Shown: one piece after another, positions 1 to 9,296 of the stretch
How positions within the stretch are numbered: the stretch's first letter is position 1
Layout of the letters: every line of letters starts with the position of its first letter
NCBI GenBank assembly: GCA_963666315.2
Contig: CAXXHG010000014.1
Coordinates: 64,001 to 128,000 of the forward strand
From: Candidatus Binatia bacterium
GTDB lineage: Bacteria > Desulfobacterota > Binatia > Bin18
Direction of reading: 5' to 3'
Length of the DNA stretch: 64,000 nucleotides
Position numbers and translations under genes: made by a program
The notes under the pieces: model-generated
What the model saw: only the letters and a program-made list of their open reading frames with translations
Told to the model about the DNA's origin: nothing
The model's database searches: none

Positions 1-185
1 CTACCGAGGCAGTGGCGTTCACGGTATGCGTCTGTGCCATGCGAGACTCCCTCATTAAAATGTTACTGAAATGTTTCAATACTGAACGGCTGAGTCTATT
101 CCTAACGAGTTCCCTCTTGCATGTCAATCAAAAAAGCGTCACATACACACAAATAAGAATTTTGGAAAGAGTTTCGGAGGGCAGC

Positions 186-458
186 ATGCACATACGCCTC
201 GGTCGAGGAATCCTCGTCGTTCGACGAACGCTCGTCGCCTTCCTCACTGCCAGCCTGTTAAGTCTCCTGACAATGAGTTGCAGTCAGCCTGAGGAAAAGT
301 CGGACACCGGCCCTGCCGAACAGCTCGGACGTCAGATTGATAAAGGCATACTCGGTGCGGTGGATAAAGCAAAAGAGATGCGGAACACACTTGGCGAAAA
401 GCTCGAGCAGCTTGAGAAAACGATGCAGGAAACAATGCAGAACGATCAAGACGAGTAA
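186..458 (+). CDS. small putative lipoprotein
   Basis: GGAGG before ATG 186; hydrophobic segment ending LLTMSC (lipobox-like); coiled C-terminus (GPAEQLGRQID...). Confidence 0.7.
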   Translation: MHIRLGRGILVVRRTLVAFLTASLLSLLTMSCSQPEEKSDTGPAEQLGRQIDKGILGAVDKAKEMRNTLGEKLEQLEKTMQETMQNDQDE

Positions 459-461
459 ACG

Positions 462-1349
462 TCAGGACCGCCGCTTGAGCGCACCACAACGCGCGAGGGC
501 GTCAATCACTGCGCGCATGGTCCAGTCTTGCTCTCCATATTCAGGAAAACGTTCGGTCAGTCTGAGCCGGCCGATCTCAGCCAGCGTGTGCTGCGTTCCG
601 CGTGCCATGACAGAAGACGAATGCAGGTGCTCTAGGGTCTCGGCCAGCTCGCGCATCTCCTCAGCCCTACGGGCGGCATGAAACGGATAGGTTGGCAGCA
701 GCCATTCCAAAGCCTGCATAATTCCAGGAAAAAGATCCTGGTAACAGGCAAGCAGGTCATCCAGAAAATCATACTCTTGAGCTGCTACCGTGAGCTCACT
801 CAATACGGACACTAAACCTTTATTCAGTCCGGAGAATAACATCTTAAAGGCAGATGCCTGCCCAATCTGATCTCCCAGAATATGCGTCCGTAACGATTTG
901 CCCAGATCGCCCTCAAACCGCTGCGCCTCAGGGCCACTTACATAAAATGTACAGCGTCCACGCACGTCACGAGCCGGACCAATAATACACGCGTCAAGAA
1001 AAGCGCACCCAGCAGCAGTAATAGTCCCGCCCACGTCTTTGACCGTCATGGGCGAGATCGCATTGGCATCGATAAACAGCGGCGTTCGATTGACCTGCCG
1101 AACCGCATCGGCAAAATCACGCGCGACCGCCTGGGCCGCAGTGGGTGGAATGATCGACAGGATAATATCGGCCTTTTCGACAACGGCCGGCGTTGAATCG
1201 AGCTCGGTAATCGTCGCCTGGGTACTCAACTGTCGGGTCCGTTCACTCCGGCCGACCAAGGCTGTAACGACCGGAAACCCATCTTCACGGAGCGCGCGTC
1301 CGACACTATGTCCCATATCACCGGGATACAATATTCCTATCGTCTGCAT
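462..1349 (-). CDS. NAD(P)-dependent oxidoreductase (6-phosphogluconate dehydrogenase-like, DUF1932 C-terminus)
   Basis: IGILYPGDMG Rossmann motif; DANAISP; ASAFKM; RRAEEMRE. Confidence 0.85.
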   Translation of the reverse strand: MQTIGILYPGDMGHSVGRALREDGFPVVTALVGRSERTRQLSTQATITELDSTPAVVEKADIILSIIPPTAAQAVARDFADAVRQVNRTPLFIDANAISPMTVKDVGGTITAAGCAFLDACIIGPARDVRGRCTFYVSGPEAQRFEGDLGKSLRTHILGDQIGQASAFKMLFSGLNKGLVSVLSELTVAAQEYDFLDDLLACYQDLFPGIMQALEWLLPTYPFHAARRAEEMRELAETLEHLHSSSVMARGTQHTLAEIGRLRLTERFPEYGEQDWTMRAVIDALARCGALKRRS

Positions 1350-1547
1350 ATAGTCTCACTCGTCTTGGCACAGAACAGCCTGCGGCAAAACAGCCTGCGG
1401 ATTGTCGCGCCCAGCCTCCTGCCTGTCAAGCTGCTCGCGCAAATTGGGCAAGGTGAGAAAGAGAGCAAACGGCGCGTCTGCATCAGGCCTGCATCGCGCC
1501 TGCATTCCGTATTCCACATTCCTCGCGCCTCGCGTATGATAGGGCGC

Positions 1548-2108
1548 ATGAAAAGCCTGAGAGCGATTGTCATTTTCGTCCTGATCATTGCCGCAGGCGC
1601 CTATGCGTGGACGCAAACGCCTTCCTACTCGGTCTACCGTATCCAACAATCTCTCAACACCCGCGACTATGCAACCTTTACTCAGTATGTCGACGTTGAC
1701 AGCGTTGTCGGGCATGCGCTTGAGGAACTGGGACACGGCAAGGCTGGCACCCCGCAACAAAAACCCGCCCCATCCCAGAACCCGTTAGCCGATCTGGTGC
1801 GTAAAGGTCTGCAAAGCCTTATGCGCAATGTCCAAGATATCGCCAAGGCCGGGGCGGAATTTGCCGTGCAGCAAGCATTCACCAATCAAGACCAGGAGCT
1901 GCCGCAGATCCCCACTGCGGCCATAGTCGGCGCGTTAGTGGGCGGAGAAACACGCGAGGACATTCGCTACTTTCCTGTTCCGCTTAAACACGGTGAAGAG
2001 CTTGAAATTGGATTACGCTACACTTCCGACGGCATATGGCGCGTCGTGCAGGTCACGAATGTCCGTGCGCTCATTGACGAGGTCCAAAGACGACACCAAA
2101 GGTCCTGA
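1548..2108 (+). CDS. membrane-anchored DUF2939-like protein
   Basis: N-terminal TM, then TPSYSVYRIQ...FTQYVDVDSV and C-terminal WRVVQV; start is 1536 or 1548. Confidence 0.65.
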   Translation: MKSLRAIVIFVLIIAAGAYAWTQTPSYSVYRIQQSLNTRDYATFTQYVDVDSVVGHALEELGHGKAGTPQQKPAPSQNPLADLVRKGLQSLMRNVQDIAKAGAEFAVQQAFTNQDQELPQIPTAAIVGALVGGETREDIRYFPVPLKHGEELEIGLRYTSDGIWRVVQVTNVRALIDEVQRRHQRS

Positions 2109-2131
2109 TCCTTGTAAAGAAAGAAGAACTC

Positions 2132-3154
2132 ATGACACAAACGACTCCAAAACTACGCTTCGGCCTGTGGTATGCCTTCCGCAATCCGCCCCAGTGGCAT
2201 CAGCCATATCAAGATCTATACGCCGAGGTCCTCGAACAAATTGTATGGGCTGAGCAGATTGGTTACGACGACGTGTGGCTGACTGAGCATCATTTTGCCG
2301 AAGACGGACATGCACCCTCGCCTTTGCCACAAGCGGCCGCCATTGCGGTTAAAACCAAAACTATGCGCATAGGCACCGGCGTTATGTTGCTGCCGCTCTA
2401 CCATCCCGTCCGTGTCGCAGAAGATGCAGCCACCATCGACATTTTGTCCAACGGCCGGTTTGAGCTCGGCATCGGCGTTGGCTACCGCGTTGAAGAGTTT
2501 GCCGGCCTGGGCATTTCGCGCAACCAGCGTGGTCGACGTGCAAACGAAAGCCTCGAAATCATTCGTCGCCTGTGGGCAGGCGAAACCGTTACCTATAACG
2601 GCAAGTATTTCCAGATTGAGAATATCCGGCTCACGCCGGGGCCGGTTCAACAACCTCACCCGCCCATCTGGGTAGGCGGCTTCTCACCCGCCGCGGTCAA
2701 ACGTGCCGCTCGTCTCGGGGATGGCTATATCGGCACAGGCGATATGGCAGAGATGGCCAAGCTGTATTGCGACGAACTACGCGCACTAGGCAAAGATGCG
2801 GATAATCCAAAATTGGCCGGCGGACATTTTTGGTTGATCGTGGCCAACGACCCGGACAAGGCGTGGAGTGAAATCGGCCCGCACGTCTTGTATCAGATCA
2901 ATGTGTACGCCGAGTGGCTCAAAAAAGCCGGTCAAGATTTATTTCCACATCTGGAAGACGAGGCTGCGCTCAAAGTCAGTGGCATTCTGAATATCGTCAC
3001 GCCGGAAACCGCGGTACAGATGATCAAGGACTATATAGCCGCCGTGCCCCTCCAACGCTTTTACACCTGGACCATCCCGCCCGGCTATCCGGTCTCGAAA
3101 ATGAACGGGCACCTCGAACTCTTTGCCACGAAGGTCATGCCGCATTTTCGGTAA
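2132..3154 (+). CDS. LLM-class flavin-dependent oxidoreductase
   Basis: VWLTEHHF, HPVRVAEDAATIDILSNGRFELGIG, PPIWVGG. Confidence 0.92.
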   Translation: MTQTTPKLRFGLWYAFRNPPQWHQPYQDLYAEVLEQIVWAEQIGYDDVWLTEHHFAEDGHAPSPLPQAAAIAVKTKTMRIGTGVMLLPLYHPVRVAEDAATIDILSNGRFELGIGVGYRVEEFAGLGISRNQRGRRANESLEIIRRLWAGETVTYNGKYFQIENIRLTPGPVQQPHPPIWVGGFSPAAVKRAARLGDGYIGTGDMAEMAKLYCDELRALGKDADNPKLAGGHFWLIVANDPDKAWSEIGPHVLYQINVYAEWLKKAGQDLFPHLEDEAALKVSGILNIVTPETAVQMIKDYIAAVPLQRFYTWTIPPGYPVSKMNGHLELFATKVMPHFR

Positions 3155-3192
3155 TACTACCAAGAACGAGGAACAGGCGGCGGCTGACTACT

Positions 3193-4098
3193 ATGCAAGC
3201 CTTTACCTCTGCGTGTTATACCGTACCCATGGGGAATCATTCCTACCCCATGGATAAATATCACTTGATTCCGGAGCGGCTGCTGGCAGAGAGAGTACTC
3301 AGTCCAGACGAAATCAGTGAGCCCGAACCCATCGCACTCGACGACATCCTGCGCGTGCATACGCCTGAATATGTGCGCGCCTTTACCAACGGCACCTTGG
3401 AACGAAAGGCCCTACTGCGGCTCGGTCTGCCGTGGTCCCAAGAACTGGTCCAGCGGGCTTTTGCCGTGATAGGTGGAACGCTGGGAGCGGCGCGGGCAGC
3501 ACTCAGAGACGGCGTGGGCGTGAATCTCGCCGGCGGCACGCATCACGCGTTTGCCGCTCATGGCGAAGGCTATTGTATTTTCAATGACCTCGTCATCGTC
3601 CTGCGCCGTCTACGCCAAGACGGTTGCGCCCAGCGCTTCCTCATTATTGACCTCGACGTGCATCAGGGCAATGGAACTGCGGCATTGTGCCGGACCGATC
3701 CAGATACTTTTACTTTTTCGATGCACGCACAGAATAATTATCCGGGCCAGAAGGAAAAGAGCTCATGGGATATCGCCTTACCTGACGGCACAACAGATGC
3801 GCAGTATCTGCATGCGCTCAGCAAGGCGCTTCCCCAACTTCTCGACCAGACCACGCCGGACATGATGCTCTACCAAGCAGGCGTTGACGTACTTGGCGGA
3901 GATCGTTTCGGCAAGCTCGCGCTTTCGATGGCGGGGGTTGGCGAACGGGATCGGCTGGTGGCTGCATCTGCCCGGCGGGCAGGTATCCCGCTTGTTGTGA
4001 CGTTAGGTGGAGGCTATGCGCGCGATATCAACACAATTGTTGAGACACACTGTCAGACAGTCAAGGCGATAAAACGAGAGGCGTGTATCACGCCGTGA
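3193..4098 (+). CDS. histone deacetylase family protein
   Basis: GGTHHA, GYCIFND, DLDVHQGNGT, GGGY motifs. Confidence 0.93.
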   Translation: MQAFTSACYTVPMGNHSYPMDKYHLIPERLLAERVLSPDEISEPEPIALDDILRVHTPEYVRAFTNGTLERKALLRLGLPWSQELVQRAFAVIGGTLGAARAALRDGVGVNLAGGTHHAFAAHGEGYCIFNDLVIVLRRLRQDGCAQRFLIIDLDVHQGNGTAALCRTDPDTFTFSMHAQNNYPGQKEKSSWDIALPDGTTDAQYLHALSKALPQLLDQTTPDMMLYQAGVDVLGGDRFGKLALSMAGVGERDRLVAASARRAGIPLVVTLGGGYARDINTIVETHCQTVKAIKREACITP

Positions 4099-4206
4099 GT
4101 GTCGAGTGCCCCGTAGGCCTTCACAACAGGCGAAAGAAAGGGCCCGGCTCCGATAGTCTACAGCATCCTCCACAGTGCTCTTTAAGTGTTTCCACAGCAG
4201 CCCTCT

Positions 4207-5670
4207 CTACCCCACCAGTGGCAGCTCTTCCCCTTGTGCGAGGCGAGTCAGAAAAGCGCGTAGATCATTGTTTGAGAGGCCAGGGGTATCAGGCGCAGCA
4301 AAGAGGAGCGCGACATTTTGGTCGGAGCGCGATAGACTCGCCAATTGAGCCTGCGCGCGGCTGCGAATGAATGGGCCTATGAGTCGGGCTAATTCAGAAA
4401 TAAACTGCGAGGCAAGTAAAAGTTTTTCTCCAGCACTGTTCGCCTGGCTCTGCATTTCCCGGTAGACGGCGACCATCCCCACATGCAGAACAAGTTCGTT
4501 ATCCGTGAGAGCCCACAACTCTTTTCGCACCGTCCCCCACACCAGCGTCAGTTCATCTATCACCGGCCAGAGTGCCGTGTGCAGGAGTGAGGTAGTTTCC
4601 GCCGCGATGAGACGGACGAGCGCGGCCTTCCAATCCGGAGAGAGTAAAGGGTCTCCGCGCATGGAACGCCGCTTCGGGTCGGGCAGCCGTTCGAGAATCT
4701 CTCCTTTTTCATCAAGGATAAGATGATCTTCGAGCGCATGTCCCAGGATGGTCAGACTGGCCACATAGCGCCGCTGTCCATCTTCAGCCTGGAGCACACG
4801 CAGTCGATGCGCTTCAGCCACAAGATCCGCTCGGTAATATGTATGGCCGTGATCATAGACTTTTTCGACTCCATCGCGCAGCTGTACACATGTATGCGCG
4901 GCAGGATAAAAGCGTTCATGCGGTGCAGGCTGCCAGTCTATCGCCGCCTCAACCATGGTCATATGGATGGCGGCTTCCTCCGCCCCGTGTGTAAAACGTT
5001 CACGATTTGCGCCAACGTCTCCGCCACATCGAAACGACTCTCGCAACGTAGAAAAGAGTTGGCCGCTGGGATACGGACCGCGATAGCGAAGCGCTGCTTT
5101 CTCCTGGTCTTGCCCCAGCAATGCGATCACATTGAGTACGGTCGAACCGCCACCATGCGGCAGACGGACAGGGTCATCTAGGGGCGGCAGCGCATCCAGA
5201 TTCTCATAGCTAACTGCACGGAACAGCGTCAGAGAACGGCTCGGTTCAAACCCGCCCTCTCCCTCTAACGCCCAAATGACATCCGAAGCGCCCCAACCAA
5301 GATGCGACGCCGCTGCCCGCACAACGCCCAGAAAACGGCCATCCAGGTTGCGCACCTTAAACTTTTGCAGCCTGCCATCAGCCGCATAGGAGACCAGCAG
5401 GAGCAACCGCCCATGCCGATCAAAAGTTGCTAACCGACACGGCCCGGAAACAGAAACAGACGGCGGCATAAAGAATGTCAGCGTCCCGTGGACGGTGTGT
5501 TCAATACAGACGTGTTCATTCACGTACCAGCTGGACCGGCCAGATTCAGACACCGGATCAGTAGCCCTCAGCGCTGAGCGAAAAGCTGCGATCCTCTCTG
5601 TTTTGATAGCTTCGGCTTCTAAGGTCTGTAGTGCGAGTGCGAGTGTCTCGGAGGAGAGCGGTTCAGTCAT
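4207..5670 (-). CDS. hypothetical protein (487 aa)
   Basis: Long ORF starting 15 bp after the helicase stop; no family recognised. Confidence 0.75.
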   Translation of the reverse strand: MTEPLSSETLALALQTLEAEAIKTERIAAFRSALRATDPVSESGRSSWYVNEHVCIEHTVHGTLTFFMPPSVSVSGPCRLATFDRHGRLLLLVSYAADGRLQKFKVRNLDGRFLGVVRAAASHLGWGASDVIWALEGEGGFEPSRSLTLFRAVSYENLDALPPLDDPVRLPHGGGSTVLNVIALLGQDQEKAALRYRGPYPSGQLFSTLRESFRCGGDVGANRERFTHGAEEAAIHMTMVEAAIDWQPAPHERFYPAAHTCVQLRDGVEKVYDHGHTYYRADLVAEAHRLRVLQAEDGQRRYVASLTILGHALEDHLILDEKGEILERLPDPKRRSMRGDPLLSPDWKAALVRLIAAETTSLLHTALWPVIDELTLVWGTVRKELWALTDNELVLHVGMVAVYREMQSQANSAGEKLLLASQFISELARLIGPFIRSRAQAQLASLSRSDQNVALLFAAPDTPGLSNNDLRAFLTRLAQGEELPLVG

Positions 5671-5685
5671 ACATGCTTGCGTTTT

Positions 5686-7887
5686 TCAGGCTGTTTGCAG
5701 CGCAGCAATCTGGCTGGTCGATAAATATTCGGCAAGGACTGCCGGCTCAGCTTCACGCACAGCATCAGGCGAATCAAATCCTGCGGCAACCAGGGTCTTT
5801 ACTTCTTCTCGGTTGAGACCGGGCAGATTGGCACGCGCGAGCGCCAACCCCTGTGTATCGACTCCGAACCGTGCCCGCTCAGCCAACTCGGCGAGTTGCT
5901 TGGCCGGTGCCCAGCCCATGACTTCGGCAATATCGGCTGCCGCATTCACCAGCCAACTGATTTCATCTGTCAGGGTCAGAATGGTTCCAGCGTAGCACTG
6001 GCAGCGGTTTTCTAAGGAAGACAGCGCATCGCCATTAATCCAACCCATAAGCAGCAGAGAGAGTTTGGCTGCCCGAGCCTCTTGTGTCGTCGGCAGCATG
6101 CGTGCGTTCAGCAATTTCTGCAACTCGTGACCGGGCTCATGTCCTCGTTCGTGCACCCACTCACTGACTTTGCTCTCATACCCCCGGCCACGATGTTCAG
6201 CAGGCGACAGCGGGACGTGCATTCTTTGGCCGTCTTCGGTCAGGCTTAACTCATAGAAAAGTTCCAGCTCCGGCACCTCGCGTCCCTGAGCAGTTTCAAA
6301 AAACCGCGCCAATTTCACAGCTGTGGCAGCACGGATGCCTTTCCGCGCAGCAACCTCGCCTAAGGTTGAGGCTTCCAGTCGTCCATCTTCAGTCAGATTC
6401 ACGAGTTGCGCGTGGGTCAAAACATCGAGGGTATTATTCGCCTCGGCAGACAGGTTGGCATCTTTGCCGTGTTGCTGAAATCCGAGATAGGTCAGGTTTA
6501 AAAAGGCGTGCAGTTCATCTTTAGATATGCAGACTTTGGAAGCGACCAGATTGAGCACCCGGTCTGCTAACCCGGTCTGGCCAGGTGCCGGAGTGAACTG
6601 TTCCTGCTCGCCCATCACATAACCACGCCACAATAGGTCAGCCTGGAACTGATTGGTGGCGATCAATACCGACCGACCGAACTCCACACCGAGCCCTAGT
6701 CGTCCGGCACGCCCGGAGATGTTTTCATATTCAGCCCATGACAGCGGCACTTCGATAGCAGTCCCCGTCCGCTTGTCCATATCCCATTTGACCGCTTCGA
6801 TGAATACGGTAGAAGCGGGCAAGTTGACGCCAAAAGCCAGCGTTGTGGTACACGCAATGACGCGTACCTCACCTCGTCGGTAGGCCGACTCCACAATAGC
6901 CCGCTCAGCCGAGGTCAGATCCGCATGATGGAAGGCGACTCCACCGCTCAAGGCGTCACGAAGTTGCGCCTTCAGTGACGTTTCTTCAAGTGGTTCGAGT
7001 GCGGCGAGAGCGTCTTTTGCCGGCGACAGCTGTGCGGCTTCTGCCAGTTCGAGGGCGCACTGGACCGTATCCCGCTTGCCTTTCAGAAAAATGAGCACCT
7101 GCTCGTCTTTCTGGGTAAAATGCTTCACATTGGCAAACAGAATCTCGTGCGGGTCATCGGATTCGATCGCAGCAAGCTGTTCTTCGCCTTCTTCCCCAGT
7201 ATTATACGCGCGGTAGCGAAAGCGCTCGCCGAGCACGACTCCGCGATAGAGTTCAACCGGACGCTCGTCCTGCAGGAGGAGATCCGCGTTCAGCCATTCA
7301 GCGACTTGGTCAGCCTCGCGCAAGACCGCCGACAACCCCAAAAGTTGAGGCCGAGGCTCTGAGCTGAGGAGTTTGGTCAGGGTCAGTTCGAGTCCAGACC
7401 CCCGTTCCGGATCTCCGAGCATCTGGAGTTCATCGACCACGACAAGGGCGACACTGTGCAATAAATGTGGATGACGAACGAGCATTTGCGCCAGCTTTTC
7501 ATACACCAGGACAGCGAGATGGAAGTCGCCTTGCTCAATGTCTTGGTCAAACTCGCGCCGGTCCCGCGTGGCGACAACCACCTTGACTCCATACGTACCG
7601 TACCGAGCGCGGAACGTCTCATATTTTTCTTCTGCTAAGGCACGCAGCGGCGTCAAATACAGCACCCGTTTCCCGGCAAAAGCTGAACGCATGGCCGCCA
7701 TTTCGCCTACAAAAGTTTTTCCCGAGGAGGTCGGAGACGAGACAACAAGGCTCTGGCCTTCCAAAAGCCCGTAGCGTTGAACCGCGACTTCTTGCACGGG
7801 CAGGAGAAATTCGCCCTGCTGCTGTTCCCAAATATCGAGCAAAGAGTCGGGCAACTCGTATTTACGCAGGTCCCGAATACGCCGCAT
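5686..7887 (-). CDS. Ski2-like (Hel308-type) SF2 helicase
   Basis: SPTSSGKT, PLRALAEEK, DELQ, GLSA, HHADL, TTLAFGVNLPA, GRAGR; C-terminal winged-helix/ratchet/HhH-like region. Confidence 0.9.
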   Translation of the reverse strand: MRRIRDLRKYELPDSLLDIWEQQQGEFLLPVQEVAVQRYGLLEGQSLVVSSPTSSGKTFVGEMAAMRSAFAGKRVLYLTPLRALAEEKYETFRARYGTYGVKVVVATRDRREFDQDIEQGDFHLAVLVYEKLAQMLVRHPHLLHSVALVVVDELQMLGDPERGSGLELTLTKLLSSEPRPQLLGLSAVLREADQVAEWLNADLLLQDERPVELYRGVVLGERFRYRAYNTGEEGEEQLAAIESDDPHEILFANVKHFTQKDEQVLIFLKGKRDTVQCALELAEAAQLSPAKDALAALEPLEETSLKAQLRDALSGGVAFHHADLTSAERAIVESAYRRGEVRVIACTTTLAFGVNLPASTVFIEAVKWDMDKRTGTAIEVPLSWAEYENISGRAGRLGLGVEFGRSVLIATNQFQADLLWRGYVMGEQEQFTPAPGQTGLADRVLNLVASKVCISKDELHAFLNLTYLGFQQHGKDANLSAEANNTLDVLTHAQLVNLTEDGRLEASTLGEVAARKGIRAATAVKLARFFETAQGREVPELELFYELSLTEDGQRMHVPLSPAEHRGRGYESKVSEWVHERGHEPGHELQKLLNARMLPTTQEARAAKLSLLLMGWINGDALSSLENRCQCYAGTILTLTDEISWLVNAAADIAEVMGWAPAKQLAELAERARFGVDTQGLALARANLPGLNREEVKTLVAAGFDSPDAVREAEPAVLAEYLSTSQIAALQTA

Positions 7888-7977
7888 GTCACTAGCCCTC
7901 GTGTGAGCCTATGCTACCAGTCAAGATAGGCAGGGAAAAGGGAGAATGTGGCAAGGGAGCAGGTAGCCTGTTCGCCC

Positions 7978-8000
7978 GGGCGAGGCGGCCTCGCCCCTAC
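7978..8000 (-). repeat. GTAG-type REP palindrome
   Basis: GTAGGGGCGAGGCCGCCTCGCCC on the minus strand, overlapping the leuD-like stop codon. Confidence 0.6.
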
Positions 8001-8524
8001 GTGTGCACTGAGGAGGCCGCCGATTGCTGTTCCGCCTGCCGCGCCCGCACATAGCCTTCCATCCCGCCACAGGCCAGAATTTCAATATACAGGTCAGACA
8101 AGTCGCGAATCGGATAGCGCGTGCCGGCACTCAGGGCTTTCACTACCCGACTATTCACGTCGATCCGCAATCGGTCCCCGGTCCGAATTTCACCCGCTTC
8201 CCACAGGGTAAGCGGCGGCAGCCCGATGTTGAGACACAGCCGGAAGAACGGCCGCGAAAAGGCTGGGGCAATAATACCAACGACATCATTCCGTTTGAGG
8301 GCCTCAGCCGCCTGAATGCAGGGCTCGCCTGCTCCTATCTTCCCGGTCGTTAAGAGCATGATCCCAGACGAGCCGTAGGTTCCTTCGGCAACGCCAGCCA
8401 CAATGGCATCGCTAGACAGCGCACCCTGCACGGCCTGTACGCGGGCCGTTAGAATGAGTTGGTCAACGTCCACACCTTGTCCTCAGACTGGAATAACGGC
8501 CTTTCTTTGTATAGAGAGCGGCAT
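7997..8524 (-). pseudogene. LeuD/aconitase small-subunit-like protein with in-frame TGA at codon 14 (or a shorter CDS from GTG 8473)
   Basis: AGGAGGG RBS then ATG 8524 reads MPLSIQRKAVIPV*GQGVDVDQLI; downstream IIAPAFSRPFFRLCLNIGLP and EILACGG are LeuD/HacB-like. Confidence 0.6.
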
Positions 8525-8579
8525 GCTAGTCGTGCCCTCCTTCGGATGCTTGATGCCTAACCCTTGTCTACCTATCCAA

Positions 8580-9296
8580 CTAGACAACTCGCTGCATACG
8601 CGGAATGCGATCCGTCTGAAACTGATCCAATGTATCAGGACTCAGACGGGCCAGCGTCTGCCCACACACCTCAAGGCCAGCAATAAAATCCCGCAATTCA
8701 ATACCAAGAAACACAGGCGAGTGTGGGATGATTTTGAGTAAGCCTTCGTGCAGCAATGAGCGGGCGCCGTCCAGGTTGCGTCGCCCGAGATGATAGAACG
8801 CCACAGCGATCTGGATCAGCCCCTGCAGGAAACTTTTCACGTCACCGTATTCTTGCATCCATTCAGGCTCTAATACCTCATGCACTTCAAAGAAAAGCTT
8901 ATGGTTAAAAAGCACAATACCTTTGCGTAAAACGACATCGAGGCGAGACAGTTCGCTTCCTGCGGACCAGTCGTCTAATGCGGTTGCGTACTGGGTGAGC
9001 GTGGGTCGGATCTCTCGCCACTCAGATACGAACGTAGAGGCAAGGTTCACCTGCCCGGCTTCCTGTTCGTCCGAAGACAGCAACGCGCACTCCTGAAGTC
9101 GTTGTCGTATGAGTTCCTTATCAGCAAGCTCAAAGGGTTCGGCAGACAGCAACAACTCATCAACGACTCGTGTATGAGGCTCGGATTCACAGGCCTGTCC
9201 GTATGCCGCAAGACAGCGCACAACGGCGGCTGTAACAGGATCGTCCAACGCCTCAACCAGCAGTCCTGCTAACACATCGCGGGTGGAGACTCTCAT
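8580..9296 (-). CDS. DUF309 domain protein
   Basis: FNHKLFFEVHEVLEPEW...LQGLIQIAVAFYH; ATGA overlap with mutS2. Confidence 0.88.
   Translation of the reverse strand: MRVSTRDVLAGLLVEALDDPVTAAVVRCLAAYGQACESEPHTRVVDELLLSAEPFELADKELIRQRLQECALLSSDEQEAGQVNLASTFVSEWREIRPTLTQYATALDDWSAGSELSRLDVVLRKGIVLFNHKLFFEVHEVLEPEWMQEYGDVKSFLQGLIQIAVAFYHLGRRNLDGARSLLHEGLLKIIPHSPVFLGIELRDFIAGLEVCGQTLARLSPDTLDQFQTDRIPRMQRVV

Noticed and set aside
2914-3192. N-terminal extensions in the ORF track (HDAC, ugd, hpaB-like, HDO, QOR, 57039 ORF)
   Set aside because: They overlap neighbouring genes or repeats; downstream starts match family N-termini and mostly have an RBS.
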